Source: Bacillota bacterium (GTDB lineage Bacteria; Bacillota; Halanaerobiia; Halanaerobiales; DATFIM01). From it: a stretch of DNA of 64,000 bases. The translations under genes and the position numbers were made by a program. The DNA is taken from contig JBNJDK010000003.1 in NCBI GenBank assembly GCA_051744805.1, forward strand, positions 348 to 64,347, read 5' to 3'. Every line of letters begins with the position of its first letter. Position 1 is the first letter of the stretch. The notes beneath the pieces are model-generated. The model saw only the letters and a list, made by a program, of their open reading frames with translations. It had not been told where the DNA came from and searched no databases. Positions 1-9,890 of the stretch are shown here, piece after piece.

Positions 1-592
1 GTACTATTCCAACTGAATAAAGATCAGAGTGAGCTTTTATTTCTCCCCCTTTAGCCTGTTCAGGAGAAAAATAGTTAGCACTACCCATAATAGTATCAGT
101 CATAGTTGTAGTTGCAGAAACAGCTTTTGCTATACCAAAATCAGTTACTTTAACTTCTTTATCAGGAGTTATTAAGATATTATGAGGTTTAATATCACAG
201 TGAATAATATCATTATTATGAGCAACTCGTAAAGCTGATAAAATTTGATTAGTAATATCCAGTGCTTCTGCTAAAGGTAATTGACCTTTTCTTTCTATAA
301 TATCTTTTAGGTTTTCTCCTTCAATATCTTCCATAACCAAATAATGAAGGTCGCCATCCTGACCTATATCAAAAATACTAACTATATTAGAGTGAGCCAA
401 TCTGGCTACAGCTTTTGCCTCATGGTGGAATTTTTTGATAAAACTTTTATCTGAAACATGTTCAGACCTAAGCATTTTGATAGCTACTTTTCTATCAAGT
501 ATCAAATCCTCAGCTTCATATACTACTGCCATACCACCTTTACCCAATTTTTTTATAATTTTATAACGGTCATTTAATACTTTTCCAATCAT
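1..592 (-). CDS. prkC: Ser/Thr protein kinase, N-terminal Hanks kinase domain (PrkC type). Partial: the C-terminal part runs off the window edge.
   Basis: Absent from the ORF track because it is open to the edge. My translation from the ATG at 592 reads MIGKVLNDRYKIIKKLGKGGMAVVYEAEDLILDRKVAIKML...IIHCDIKPHNILI...VKVTDFGIAKA...YFSPEQAKGG. The GxGxxxxV, VAIK, HCDIKPxN, DFG and SPE motifs are present. It follows the PP2C phosphatase, as in prpC-prkC operons. Confidence 0.9.
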   Translation of the reverse strand, partial: MIGKVLNDRYKIIKKLGKGGMAVVYEAEDLILDRKVAIKMLRSEHVSDKSFIKKFHHEAKAVARLAHSNIVSIFDIGQDGDLHYLVMEDIEGENLKDIIERKGQLPLAEALDITNQILSALRVAHNNDIIHCDIKPHNILITPDKEVKVTDFGIAKAVSATTTMTDTIMGSANYFSPEQAKGGEIKAHSDLYSVGIV

Positions 593-607
593 AAATTCAC
601 CTCATAA

Positions 608-1327
608 CTAATTAATTATTCCAGTAATTAAAGTAATATTATCACTACCACCATTTTCTAAAGCTTTTTTACCAAGCTTTTGGGTTAATGTATTCAAATC
701 AGTATGATTGGAGATGATTTCTTCTATTTTTCCTTCTCTAATCATATCAGTTAATCCATCAGTACAAAATAATAATAAATCATCATCTTGAAGTTCAATT
801 TTATTTGTTTCAATATTAATTTCTTCATCAATACCTAAGGCTTGAGTTAAAATATGTTTTTGAGGGTGATCAAAGGCTTCATTAGGATTCAGACGACCAT
901 TTTCAATTAATTCATTAACTAAAGAATCATCAGTTGTGATTTTTTTCAACTTATTTTCTCTAAACAAATATATCCTACTATCGCCAATATGACCAATATA
1001 GACATTTTTATCATGTATTAATGCTAAAGACAATGTAGTACCCATACCTTTATATTCAGGATTTTCTTCACCCTTATCTATTATTTTATTATTAACCATA
1101 TTGACCAAATCTTTAATTTCATCAAGAATATTTTTTTCAAAATTAAATTTATAATTTTTTATCAAATCTACAGCCATTTGACTGGCTACATCTCCAGCTC
1201 TATGACCTCCCATCCCATCTGCCACTACAATGACCGGGAAGGGAGCTTTTCTCAATAAATAATTATCTTCATTATTTTTCCTAACATTACCTTTACTGCT
1301 AAATGATTTAAACTCCATAATTTTCAC
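608..1327 (-). CDS. prpC: PP2C-family Ser/Thr protein phosphatase (Stp/PrpC)
   Basis: Motifs NEDN, ADGMGGH, GDSR and DGLTD..GGSDNIT are typical of PPM phosphatases. It is coupled to the kinase gene. Confidence 0.9.
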   Translation of the reverse strand: MKIMEFKSFSSKGNVRKNNEDNYLLRKAPFPVIVVADGMGGHRAGDVASQMAVDLIKNYKFNFEKNILDEIKDLVNMVNNKIIDKGEENPEYKGMGTTLSLALIHDKNVYIGHIGDSRIYLFRENKLKKITTDDSLVNELIENGRLNPNEAFDHPQKHILTQALGIDEEINIETNKIELQDDDLLLFCTDGLTDMIREGKIEEIISNHTDLNTLTQKLGKKALENGGSDNITLITGIIN

Positions 1328-2381
1328 CCTCTCGCTTTAACTGCCCACAGGCAGCTTCTATTTCAACCCCTCTTTCCTGTCTGATAGTAGTGTCAATATT
1401 CCCGGCTATTAATATTTCTCTAAATTTTTCTATTTTTTCTATATCAGGACGATAAACATCCAACTCAGAAACAGGGTTTACAGGAATTAAATTTACATGG
1501 CAGAGAATATCTGAAATTAACCTGCTTAACTGATAAGCATGTTCAGGGGCATCATTTACATTTTCCATCATAACATATTCAAAAGTTACTCGCCGATTAG
1601 TTATTTCAATATATTCTTTTACAGTATCAATTAATTTTTTAAGAGGATATTGATTATTTATTGGCATAATTTTAGATCGCAAACTGTCATTAGGTGCATT
1701 TAAAGATACAGCCAATCCAATTTGTTTGTTTCTGACTGCTAATTCTTTTATTCCAGGAACTACTCCTGCAGTTGAAATTGTCATTTTTCTCATTCCAATA
1801 TTTAAAGACGACTTTGAATTTAAAATATTTACTGAATTCAAAACATTATCTAAATTGTTCATTGGTTCACCCATTCCCATAAAAACAACATTACTGACAG
1901 CTGGATCTAAAAAATTTTCTTTTCCTATATCCTTTTGGATTTGTAAAACTTGAGCCATAATTTCTGATGAACTCAAATTTCTTTTTAATCCTTCTAAACC
2001 AGTTGCACAAAAACTACACCCCATATTACAACCAACCTGAGTAGATATACATACACTATGCCGTCCTTCTTCATAATAAGGCAAATAAACACTCTCGATT
2101 GTTTCCCCATCACTTAGTTTCCATAAATATTTTATAGTACCATCTTTTGCTTCTGATTTTCCCAAAAGTTCAAGGTTTTCAATTGTGACTATATTTTTTA
2201 ATTTTTCGGTTAATGAATCAGGAATATTTTTCATATTTTCCAAAGTAAATACTCCATTTTTATATATCCAATTAAATACCTGTTCAGCTCTGTAAGACTT
2301 TATTCCATATTCCTTTAAATAGTTCTTGAAATCTTCTAATTTAACTCCTAATAATTCAATTTTATTATCGGGATTCGACAT
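1308..2381 (-). CDS. rlmN: 23S rRNA/tRNA m2A methyltransferase RlmN (radical SAM)
   Basis: Contains the CNMGCSFCATG radical-SAM cluster, GMGEPMNN and a C-terminal ACGQL. The YRAEQVFNWIY N-terminus is typical of RlmN. Confidence 0.92.
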   Translation of the reverse strand: MSNPDNKIELLGVKLEDFKNYLKEYGIKSYRAEQVFNWIYKNGVFTLENMKNIPDSLTEKLKNIVTIENLELLGKSEAKDGTIKYLWKLSDGETIESVYLPYYEEGRHSVCISTQVGCNMGCSFCATGLEGLKRNLSSSEIMAQVLQIQKDIGKENFLDPAVSNVVFMGMGEPMNNLDNVLNSVNILNSKSSLNIGMRKMTISTAGVVPGIKELAVRNKQIGLAVSLNAPNDSLRSKIMPINNQYPLKKLIDTVKEYIEITNRRVTFEYVMMENVNDAPEHAYQLSRLISDILCHVNLIPVNPVSELDVYRPDIEKIEKFREILIAGNIDTTIRQERGVEIEAACGQLKREGENYGV

Positions 2382-2385
2382 TATA

Positions 2386-3051
2386 TCACTCCTGGTTAAT
2401 ATAGGGTATTTGTTCAGTTTCTACAAAAATTTTGACTGGTTGATTAAAAATAGATTTAGCCTCAGCAAAATATGATTTCTTAATTTCCATTTCTTTCACT
2501 TCAGAAGTCGTTGTAAATTTTCTTTGAACAATCTGGCCAAGATAAGGGCCAATCAAATTTGCAACAACTATTGCTATTATCATATTTAAAATACTGAAAT
2601 ATCCTGAAGTGAAAAGTAAAAATAAAAATATAATTGCAGAAAGGAAATTAGCAACTGTCATACTTGTTCCACATCTTTTATGAATAGCTAATTCATTTTT
2701 ACCATTTTTCATTAAATTAAGACCTTTTCTGGCAGCTTCTTCCACATAAATATTATTATTAACTCCCATAATATAAAAACCATCTTCTTCTGCATAACCT
2801 GCCAGATCATTATATCCATATTCTTTTTCTAATATATTTATTGTTGCATGTTCCAACCCATGATTTTTTCTTAATTTCGGATTAGTGGCAATCTGATATA
2901 ATTGTTTTGGAACAGAAAATAGATTAAATAGAGAATCTATCGTAAATTTGAATGGTAGAAAAAAGAACATAAAAACTGCAAATAAAAATAAAGGAATAAG
3001 TAAAACTGGAAAAAATATACCAAATAAAAGTAATATTACTAATAAATACAT
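2386..3051 (-). CDS. Conserved membrane protein of unknown function
   Basis: Has hydrophobic N- and C-terminal segments around a soluble core carrying HGLEHAT and HKRCGTS motifs. Its start overlaps the stop of the upstream peptidase gene by 1 nt (TAATG). Confidence 0.6.
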   Translation of the reverse strand: MYLLVILLLFGIFFPVLLIPLFLFAVFMFFFLPFKFTIDSLFNLFSVPKQLYQIATNPKLRKNHGLEHATINILEKEYGYNDLAGYAEEDGFYIMGVNNNIYVEEAARKGLNLMKNGKNELAIHKRCGTSMTVANFLSAIIFLFLLFTSGYFSILNMIIAIVVANLIGPYLGQIVQRKFTTTSEVKEMEIKKSYFAEAKSIFNQPVKIFVETEQIPYINQE

Positions 3052-3746
3052 TAATCTCTTCTCCCCATTCCAAAAAGCATTAATATTCTAATTAAATTAG
3101 CAATAGCAACTAAAGTTGCTGCAACATAAGTAAAAGCAGCAGCTCTTAAGACTTTTTTAGCACCCTGTAGTTCATTTGAATCAAGATATCCACCCTTATT
3201 TAGTTGATTAATAGCTCGATTACTGGCATTAAATTCAACTGGTAAGGTAACTATCTGAAATAAAACTGCAGCTAAAAATACAACAAACCCTATTCCAATC
3301 ATAATTTGTGATTGAAGAAAAAAACCAAAAATAGCAAGTGGTAAACCTGCCTGTGATCCAAGATTAGCTGCCGGTACTAATTTAGCTCTAATTGATAAAG
3401 GTTTATAATTATCATAATCCTGAATAGCATGTCCTGCTTCATGAGCAGCAATACCAATTGCTGCTAAAGAACTACTACCATACACTCCTTCAGATAAATT
3501 TAATACCTTATCACTTGGATCATAATGGTCATTCAAATCTCCTTCTATTCTCTTAACTTGAACATCATTAATATTATTATTTTTTAGTAATTTTTGAGCA
3601 ATATCTGCACCTGTTAATCCACTTTTGCTTTTTATATCACTATACTTATTATAGGCTGATTTAACTTTATACTGAGCATAAATAGCAATAGCTATTGCTG
3701 GTAAAAGTATAATCATAGTTGGATCAAAGAAAAAGGGCATATACAT
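3051..3746 (-). CDS. Putative neutral zinc metallopeptidase, YugP/Zn_peptidase_2 family, membrane-bound
   Basis: Has an HEAGHAIQ zinc motif flanked by TM segments. The N-terminus MPFFFDPTMIIL is typical of the YugP family. Confidence 0.8.
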   Translation of the reverse strand: MYMPFFFDPTMIILLPAIAIAIYAQYKVKSAYNKYSDIKSKSGLTGADIAQKLLKNNNINDVQVKRIEGDLNDHYDPSDKVLNLSEGVYGSSSLAAIGIAAHEAGHAIQDYDNYKPLSIRAKLVPAANLGSQAGLPLAIFGFFLQSQIMIGIGFVVFLAAVLFQIVTLPVEFNASNRAINQLNKGGYLDSNELQGAKKVLRAAAFTYVAATLVAIANLIRILMLFGMGRRD

Positions 3747-3760
3747 TATTAATCAACCTC

Positions 3761-4699
3761 CTAGCTAAATTTTTTGCCTACTGGTATAGAATTACCTCGT
3801 AAATAGTCTTCAGTTTTCATTCTCTTTTTACCAGGTACCTGTAACTTATTTATTCGTAAATATCCTTTCCCAGTTTGGACTATTAATCCTTCATTTTCAT
3901 TAGACTTAATAATTTCACCTATTTGACTTTTTGAAAAATCGTCTTTTACAATACTAACTTCCCATATTTTTACTATATCATTATCAAGTTTGGTATAAGC
4001 TCCTGGCCAGGGATTAACACCTCTAACCAAATTATATATTTCTTGAGCTTTTTTTGACCAGTCAATTCTTCCTAATGTTTTATCAATTTTAAATGCATAA
4101 GTAGCTTTATTATCATCCTGTTTTCTTCTCGGAGCATTACCTTTATTTAAGTCTAAAAGTGTTTTTAATAGTAAATTTGCGCCTTTTAAAGCCAACTTAT
4201 CATGTAAATCTCCTACTGTATCCTCATAATCTATTTTAATTTCTTTTTGATATATTATATCTCCTTTGTCCAGTTCTTCATCCATATACATTGTTGTAAC
4301 TCCTGTTTTTTCATCTCCATTAATTATTGCCTGATGTATTGGACTTGAACCCCTATATTTAGGTAAAAGAGAAGCATGAAGATTTATGCAACCATATTTA
4401 GGAAAAGTAAGAATCTCTTTGGATAATTTCTGACCAAATGCTACAACAACTATTGCCTCTGGTTGATAACTTTTGATTTTTTGAATAAAATCTTCTTTAT
4501 TTACATTATTAGAAGTTAATACATTTAATCCTAAGTTAACCGCTTTTTCTTTAACAGCTGTTGCTTGTCTTTTTTGGCCTCTTCCTTTTTTACGATCTGG
4601 CTGAGAAATCACAGCCTTTATGTTTATTTTATCACTATTATATAATCTTTCCAAACTCTCAACAGCAAAGTCAGGACTCCCCATAAACAAGATATCCAT
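3761..4699 (-). CDS. fmt: Methionyl-tRNA formyltransferase
   Basis: Begins ILFMGSPDFAV and contains HASLLPKYRGSSPIHQAIINGD. The def-fmt gene order is also typical. Confidence 0.95.
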   Translation of the reverse strand: MDILFMGSPDFAVESLERLYNSDKINIKAVISQPDRKKGRGQKRQATAVKEKAVNLGLNVLTSNNVNKEDFIQKIKSYQPEAIVVVAFGQKLSKEILTFPKYGCINLHASLLPKYRGSSPIHQAIINGDEKTGVTTMYMDEELDKGDIIYQKEIKIDYEDTVGDLHDKLALKGANLLLKTLLDLNKGNAPRRKQDDNKATYAFKIDKTLGRIDWSKKAQEIYNLVRGVNPWPGAYTKLDNDIVKIWEVSIVKDDFSKSQIGEIIKSNENEGLIVQTGKGYLRINKLQVPGKKRMKTEDYLRGNSIPVGKKFS

Positions 4700-4713
4700 T
4701 TATTTCACCTCTA

Positions 4714-5184
4714 TTATTCTTGAATTCCTTTTTCAAAATCTTCTTCATCTATTACCTTATCAGTAAATAAATTACCTTCTAAATGATCGTATTCATGTTG
4801 AAGTGCTCTGGCTAAAAGACCATCTGCTTCTATTTTTATTTTTTCACCTTTTTTATTATAACCTTCCATAACAATTTCTTTAGCTCTCACTACTGCTCCA
4901 GTTTCATCTGGAATACTTAAGCAGCCTTCTTCCATAATTGATTGTCCATTTTTTTCTATGATTTTTGGATTTATAACCTCTCTTAATCCATTACCTACAT
5001 CTACAATAAATAATCTCTGTAAGACACCTACCTGTGGTGCAGCCAGACCAATTCCATCTGCTTCATACATTGTATCTGTCATATTTTCTATTAAATCTAT
5101 TGTTTTTTGATTTATATTTTTTACTTCTTTTGTTTTACTTCGCAAAACAGGATCCCCAATCTTACGAATATTCATCAATGCCAT
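4714..5184 (-). CDS. def: Peptide deformylase
   Basis: Carries the three deformylase motifs GIGLAAPQVG, EGCLS and HEYDHLEG. Confidence 0.95.
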   Translation of the reverse strand: MALMNIRKIGDPVLRSKTKEVKNINQKTIDLIENMTDTMYEADGIGLAAPQVGVLQRLFIVDVGNGLREVINPKIIEKNGQSIMEEGCLSIPDETGAVVRAKEIVMEGYNKKGEKIKIEADGLLARALQHEYDHLEGNLFTDKVIDEEDFEKGIQE

Positions 5185-5224
5185 TTTGATTACCTCCTGT
5201 TTAATCTTTATTTACCTTCTATAA

Positions 5225-7480
5225 TTATAACATTGAAATAGGATCCACATCAATGTTAAACTTAACACTTTTCACTTTATAAGGTAAAAAGTTTTCCCTT
5301 ATTTCTTTTAATAGGTATTTTCGTTCTTTATATTTAGAAAATTTTAGTATTATCTGCCAGCGATATTTCCCTCTTAATTTTTCAATAGGGGCTGGAGAAG
5401 GACCTAACAATTCTAAAATTTCAGCCTGATAACTATCAAAAAAACTACCTAAATCATTTGCAGCTTTAATAACTTCATCATTATTTTCTCCCTCAACTAT
5501 TATATTAACTAATTTAGTAAAAGGGGGATAATTCAATTGTTTTCTTAGTGCAACTTCTTTTTTATAAAATTTTTGATAATCATGTTTTCGAGCTGCCTGA
5601 ATACTATAATGACCTGGAGTATATGTCTGAACTATAACTTCTCCATTAATGTCACCCCTACCTGTTCTACCGGCAACTTGAGTAATTAATTGAAAAGTTC
5701 TTTCAGCTGATCTAAAATCAGGTAAATTTAAAATAGTATCAGCAGTAATAACTCCAACAACTGAAATTCCAGGATAATCATGTCCTTTAGTAATCATTTG
5801 GGTTCCAATTAAAATATCTGTTTTATTATTTTCCAATCTATTTAAAATTTTTCTATGAGATCCTTTTTGAGTAGTAGTATCAATATCCATTCTATCTACT
5901 TCAGCTTCAGGAAAATATTTTTTAACTTCTTCTTCTAATTTTTCAGTACCAATTCCAAATTTTTTAATATATTCACTACCACATTCAGGACAAAATCTTG
6001 GTATTTCTCTATGATAATCACAGTAATGACATTTTAATAAATTTTCCTTATCATGATAGGTAAGTGAAATATCACAATTTTCACATCTTAGAACATGTCC
6101 ACATTCCCTACATAGTGCAAAACTAGAATAACCTCTTCTATTTAGAAATAATAGAATTTGTTCATTTCTAGTCAAAGCTTTTTCAATATTATTTTTTAAT
6201 TTTTGACTGAATATTGATAAATTACCTTCTTTCATTTCATCTCTCATATCAATAATATTAACTGGAGGCAAATCTCTTTTATTTATTCTCTCTGGTAAAG
6301 ATAAATATTTAAAATATTTCTTTTGAGCTAAATAATAGCTTTTTAAAGAAGGGGTAGCACTTCCTAAAACCAAAGGAATACCATTAATTTTAGCTCTTTT
6401 TACACCTACTTCACGAGCATGATAATAGGGATACGAACTCTGTTTATATGAATTTTCATGTTCTTCATCAATAATAATAATTCCTAAATTTTTAATAGGT
6501 GCAAATATTGCAGAACGCGCTCCTATAGCTATCTGAGCTTCACCGTTTTTTAATCTTAACCATTCATCATATCTTTCACCTGTTGAAAGATTACTATGCA
6601 ATACAGCTATTTTGTCTCCAAATCTACTATAAAATCTTCTTACCATAACAGGAGCCAAAGAAATTTCCGGGACTAAAATAATAGCTCCCTGTTTTTTATT
6701 CAAAATTTTTTCTACCAGTTGTAAATATACTTCAGTTTTTCCACTACCAGTAACTCCATGTAATAAATAACTTTTGGAAGTATCTGAATTTAAAATATTT
6801 TCCTCAATTATATCAATTGCTTTTTGTTGATAATAATTAGCTTCAAAACTTTCTTTTTCCTCTTCCTTTTTTTCCAGGAAAGGCTTTCTTCGCTCTATTT
6901 TTTCCTCTGATTTTATATACCCTTTTTTTATTAATCGATTAACTGTCCCGGGATAAGTTTCTGCTTTTTTAGCTAATTCAGTTTTGGTATAATCAGAATT
7001 TTGATTTTTCAAAAGTACTTTAAGAACTTCTTTTTGTTTAGGAGCTTTATTTTCTATATTTTTAATCACCTTTTTTATTTCTTTTATTTCAGAATTTAAA
7101 CTAATATACTTCTTTCTTTTTTTACTTATGTTATTATTAAATACTCCAGCAGGGACAGCTGCTCTTATCACAGAAATCAAATTCAAACTATAATAATCTG
7201 CCATCCACTGATATAATTTCAAATCTTTTTTATTAAAAAATCTTTCTTTTTTATACAACTTTTTTATATTTTTAATTTTATTATCAGAAATTTCTACTTT
7301 ATCTTTTATAGAAATTACAAAAGCTTTTATACTTCTTTTCCCAAATGGAACTAATACTAAATTGCCTATCCCAATTTTATTTAACAAAAAATCAGGAATT
7401 TTATAATCGAAAAATTTATTTCTTTCTGTAAAAGGAACATCTACTACTACTTTAGCATATTTAATCATTATTTTCATCAC
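5225..7480 (-). CDS. priA: Primosomal protein N' (replication restart helicase PriA)
   Basis: Has Walker A GVTGSGKT, a DEEH box and a Cys-rich zinc region (CRECGH..CENC..CHYC..CPEC). Confidence 0.93.
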   Translation of the reverse strand: MMKIMIKYAKVVVDVPFTERNKFFDYKIPDFLLNKIGIGNLVLVPFGKRSIKAFVISIKDKVEISDNKIKNIKKLYKKERFFNKKDLKLYQWMADYYSLNLISVIRAAVPAGVFNNNISKKRKKYISLNSEIKEIKKVIKNIENKAPKQKEVLKVLLKNQNSDYTKTELAKKAETYPGTVNRLIKKGYIKSEEKIERRKPFLEKKEEEKESFEANYYQQKAIDIIEENILNSDTSKSYLLHGVTGSGKTEVYLQLVEKILNKKQGAIILVPEISLAPVMVRRFYSRFGDKIAVLHSNLSTGERYDEWLRLKNGEAQIAIGARSAIFAPIKNLGIIIIDEEHENSYKQSSYPYYHAREVGVKRAKINGIPLVLGSATPSLKSYYLAQKKYFKYLSLPERINKRDLPPVNIIDMRDEMKEGNLSIFSQKLKNNIEKALTRNEQILLFLNRRGYSSFALCRECGHVLRCENCDISLTYHDKENLLKCHYCDYHREIPRFCPECGSEYIKKFGIGTEKLEEEVKKYFPEAEVDRMDIDTTTQKGSHRKILNRLENNKTDILIGTQMITKGHDYPGISVVGVITADTILNLPDFRSAERTFQLITQVAGRTGRGDINGEVIVQTYTPGHYSIQAARKHDYQKFYKKEVALRKQLNYPPFTKLVNIIVEGENNDEVIKAANDLGSFFDSYQAEILELLGPSPAPIEKLRGKYRWQIILKFSKYKERKYLLKEIRENFLPYKVKSVKFNIDVDPISML

Positions 7481-8513
7481 CAGTTTTTCTATTTATTTCA
7501 TAAATAGCAATAAATCCACCAACAAGTAGTATTAAATAAAATGTATATAATCTCCAGCCAAAAGTTACAATCCCTAATATACTTTTTGGAATAAAGGCAA
7601 TAAATAATGAAGCAAATCCTAACTCAGCAATACCACTTGCTCCTGGAGTTGGCATATATGGTAAGATTAAATAAATGATAGTCTGCATAATATATGCTTT
7701 GAAAAAATTAGGCTCAAGTCCCATTCCTTTTAAAATAAGAGGCATAATCAAAAACATCAAAGACCAATAAATTATTGTATATATAGAAGCAACAAATAAA
7801 CTGAATTTATTTTTACTTAAAATCAAAAGTGAATCTCTAAATTCATGTAATTCACTTCTTGCTTTAACTAAATATTTTTTGGCTTTATAATTATTTTTTA
7901 AAAACTTATTTAATTTATTAATACTTAAAATAGCAGAAAGTAATTTGTCCATAACTTCAGGTATCAAAGTTAATATTATTATTCCTGCAGAAATAAGCAT
8001 TCCCACCCCAAAAGCAAGATAAAAAATATAATTGGGAACAGCACCAGCAGATATTTTGTTATTAAAAAATAGGAAAAATATCGGAGTTAAAGTACCAAAG
8101 AAAAATAATCTTAAGACAAACTGAATTACAATTACTGTTGATGATTTTCCAACATTTACTCCTTTTTTATGCAAAAAATAAACCTGATATGGTCCTCCGC
8201 CTGATGCAAAAGGAGTAACAAAAGATACAAATGAACCTCCAAGGTAAACTACTATACTATCTAAAAGAGATATAGTATCTCCGATGGTCTTAACTAATAA
8301 TTGTAACCTCAGGCCTGCAAATAGCCAATTAGTCATCATCACCAATAACATATATAATAAATATCTATATTTTATTTTGTCAATTAATTTATCAAGAGCT
8401 TCTAAATCTATAGTGAAAAATATAATTGCAGCTGAAAAGATAAGACTTACAATTACTGTAAACCTTAAACCTTTTATAATCGTTTTTTTATCAATTGTTT
8501 TAGCTTTTGGCAT
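7461..8513 (-). CDS. Flippase-like / lysyl-PG-synthase-TM-like (UPF0104) integral membrane protein
   Basis: A polytopic membrane protein of about 350 aa. Its overall pattern is that of the UPF0104 family. This is a family-level call only. Confidence 0.6.
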   Translation of the reverse strand: MPKAKTIDKKTIIKGLRFTVIVSLIFSAAIIFFTIDLEALDKLIDKIKYRYLLYMLLVMMTNWLFAGLRLQLLVKTIGDTISLLDSIVVYLGGSFVSFVTPFASGGGPYQVYFLHKKGVNVGKSSTVIVIQFVLRLFFFGTLTPIFFLFFNNKISAGAVPNYIFYLAFGVGMLISAGIIILTLIPEVMDKLLSAILSINKLNKFLKNNYKAKKYLVKARSELHEFRDSLLILSKNKFSLFVASIYTIIYWSLMFLIMPLILKGMGLEPNFFKAYIMQTIIYLILPYMPTPGASGIAELGFASLFIAFIPKSILGIVTFGWRLYTFYLILLVGGFIAIYEINRKTGDENND

Positions 8514-8525
8514 AAACTCACCTCA

Positions 8526-8558
8526 TACACAAATACCGGAAGTAAAATCTTCCGGTAT
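8526..8558 (-). terminator. Hairpin and terminator candidate immediately after metK
   Basis: The minus strand reads AUACCGGAAG-AUUUUA-CUUCCGGUAU, a perfect 10-bp stem, followed by UUGUGU. It starts 5 nt after the metK stop. The U-tract is weak. Confidence 0.55.
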
Positions 8559-8563
8559 TAAAT

Positions 8564-9754
8564 TTACATTTTTTCTGCCTGCTTTTTGAGTTCATTACTC
8601 TTATCTGTCTTTTCCCAGGGCAGGTCCAAATCTAATCTTCCAAAATGTCCATATTTAGCTGTTTTTTTATAAATTGGATTTTTGAGATTAAGATTTTCTA
8701 TAATTTTTTTCGGTCTTAAATCAAAATTATCTTTTATTAGTTTTACCAGATTTTCTTCTGAAATTTTACCTGTTCCAAAGGTTTCTACTAAAATTGAAAG
8801 TGGTTCAGCTACACCAATTGCATATGATAATTGAACTTCACATCGGTCTGCAAGTCCCGCAGCTACAATATTTTTAGCCACATAGCGGGCAGCATATGTT
8901 GCAGAACGGTCTACTTTTGTAGGATCTTTTCCAGAAAAAGCTCCACCACCATGTCTGGCTGTCCCTCCATATGTATCAACAATTATTTTTCTACCAGTTA
9001 AACCACTATCACCCTGAGGGCCACCAATAACAAATCTACCAGTTGGATTAATCAAAACTTTGGTGTTTTCATCTATTAAATCATCTGAAATTATATTTTC
9101 AATAACATATTTTTTTATATCCTTTTCAATTTGTTTATATCCAATATCTGGATGATGTTGTGCAGAAATTAAAACTTTATCCACTCTAACCGGCATATCA
9201 TCAATATATTCTACAGTAACCTGAGTTTTACCATCAGGTCTTAAATACGGTATTATTTTTTTCTTTCTAACCTCTGCCAGTCTTTTTGCCAATTTATGAG
9301 CAAGAGTTATAGGTAAAGGCATAAGTTCTGGAGTTTCATTACAGGCATAGCCAAACATTATTCCCTGATCACCAGCACCTAATTCTCCATTATTTCTATT
9401 TTCACTTTCTCTAACTTCTAAAGCCTTATCTACTCCCTGAGCAATATCACTTGACTGTTCATCTAATGCTGTTAAAACACCACAGGTCTCTCCATCAAAA
9501 CCAAACTTAGCTCTATTATAACCAATATCTAAAATTGTTTGTCTTGCAATATCGGTAATATCTACATAACAATCAGTAGAAATTTCACCTGAAACAAGCA
9601 CAAGACCTGTAGTTACAAAAGTTTCACAGGCTACTCTAGCATCAGGATCTTTTTCTAAAACAGCATCAAGTACTGCATCAGAAATTTGATCAGCAACTTT
9701 ATCTGGATGACCTTCAGTTACTGATTCTGAAGTAAAAAGATAGCTTTTTGTCAT
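8564..9754 (-). CDS. metK: S-adenosylmethionine synthetase
   Basis: Contains [23 protein letters not shown] and [16 protein letters not shown]. Confidence 0.97.
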   Translation of the reverse strand: MTKSYLFTSESVTEGHPDKVADQISDAVLDAVLEKDPDARVACETFVTTGLVLVSGEISTDCYVDITDIARQTILDIGYNRAKFGFDGETCGVLTALDEQSSDIAQGVDKALEVRESENRNNGELGAGDQGIMFGYACNETPELMPLPITLAHKLAKRLAEVRKKKIIPYLRPDGKTQVTVEYIDDMPVRVDKVLISAQHHPDIGYKQIEKDIKKYVIENIISDDLIDENTKVLINPTGRFVIGGPQGDSGLTGRKIIVDTYGGTARHGGGAFSGKDPTKVDRSATYAARYVAKNIVAAGLADRCEVQLSYAIGVAEPLSILVETFGTGKISEENLVKLIKDNFDLRPKKIIENLNLKNPIYKKTAKYGHFGRLDLDLPWEKTDKSNELKKQAEKM

Positions 9755-9859
9755 CTATATCACCCTTTTTTATTACTTTGTAATTTTATAAATTCAAGCA
9801 AAAAAAACAACCATTTTTTCTATATTTTAGCATTATTTAAGCATTTATCTAATATATAT

Positions 9860-9888
9860 AGTTTAGCATATTGCTATTTTTATGTCAA
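9860..9888 (-). promoter_or_regulatory. Sigma-A type promoter candidate for metK
   Basis: The minus strand reads TTGACA (9888-9883), a 17-nt spacer, then TAAACT (9865-9860). Confidence 0.55.
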
Positions 9889-9890
9889 TT

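Noticed and set aside
9755-9890. I looked for a SAM (S-box) riboswitch upstream of metK, which is common in Firmicutes.
   Set aside because: The region is only 136 nt and almost entirely A/T. It has no helices and no conserved S-box core. It looks like a plain promoter plus a short UTR.
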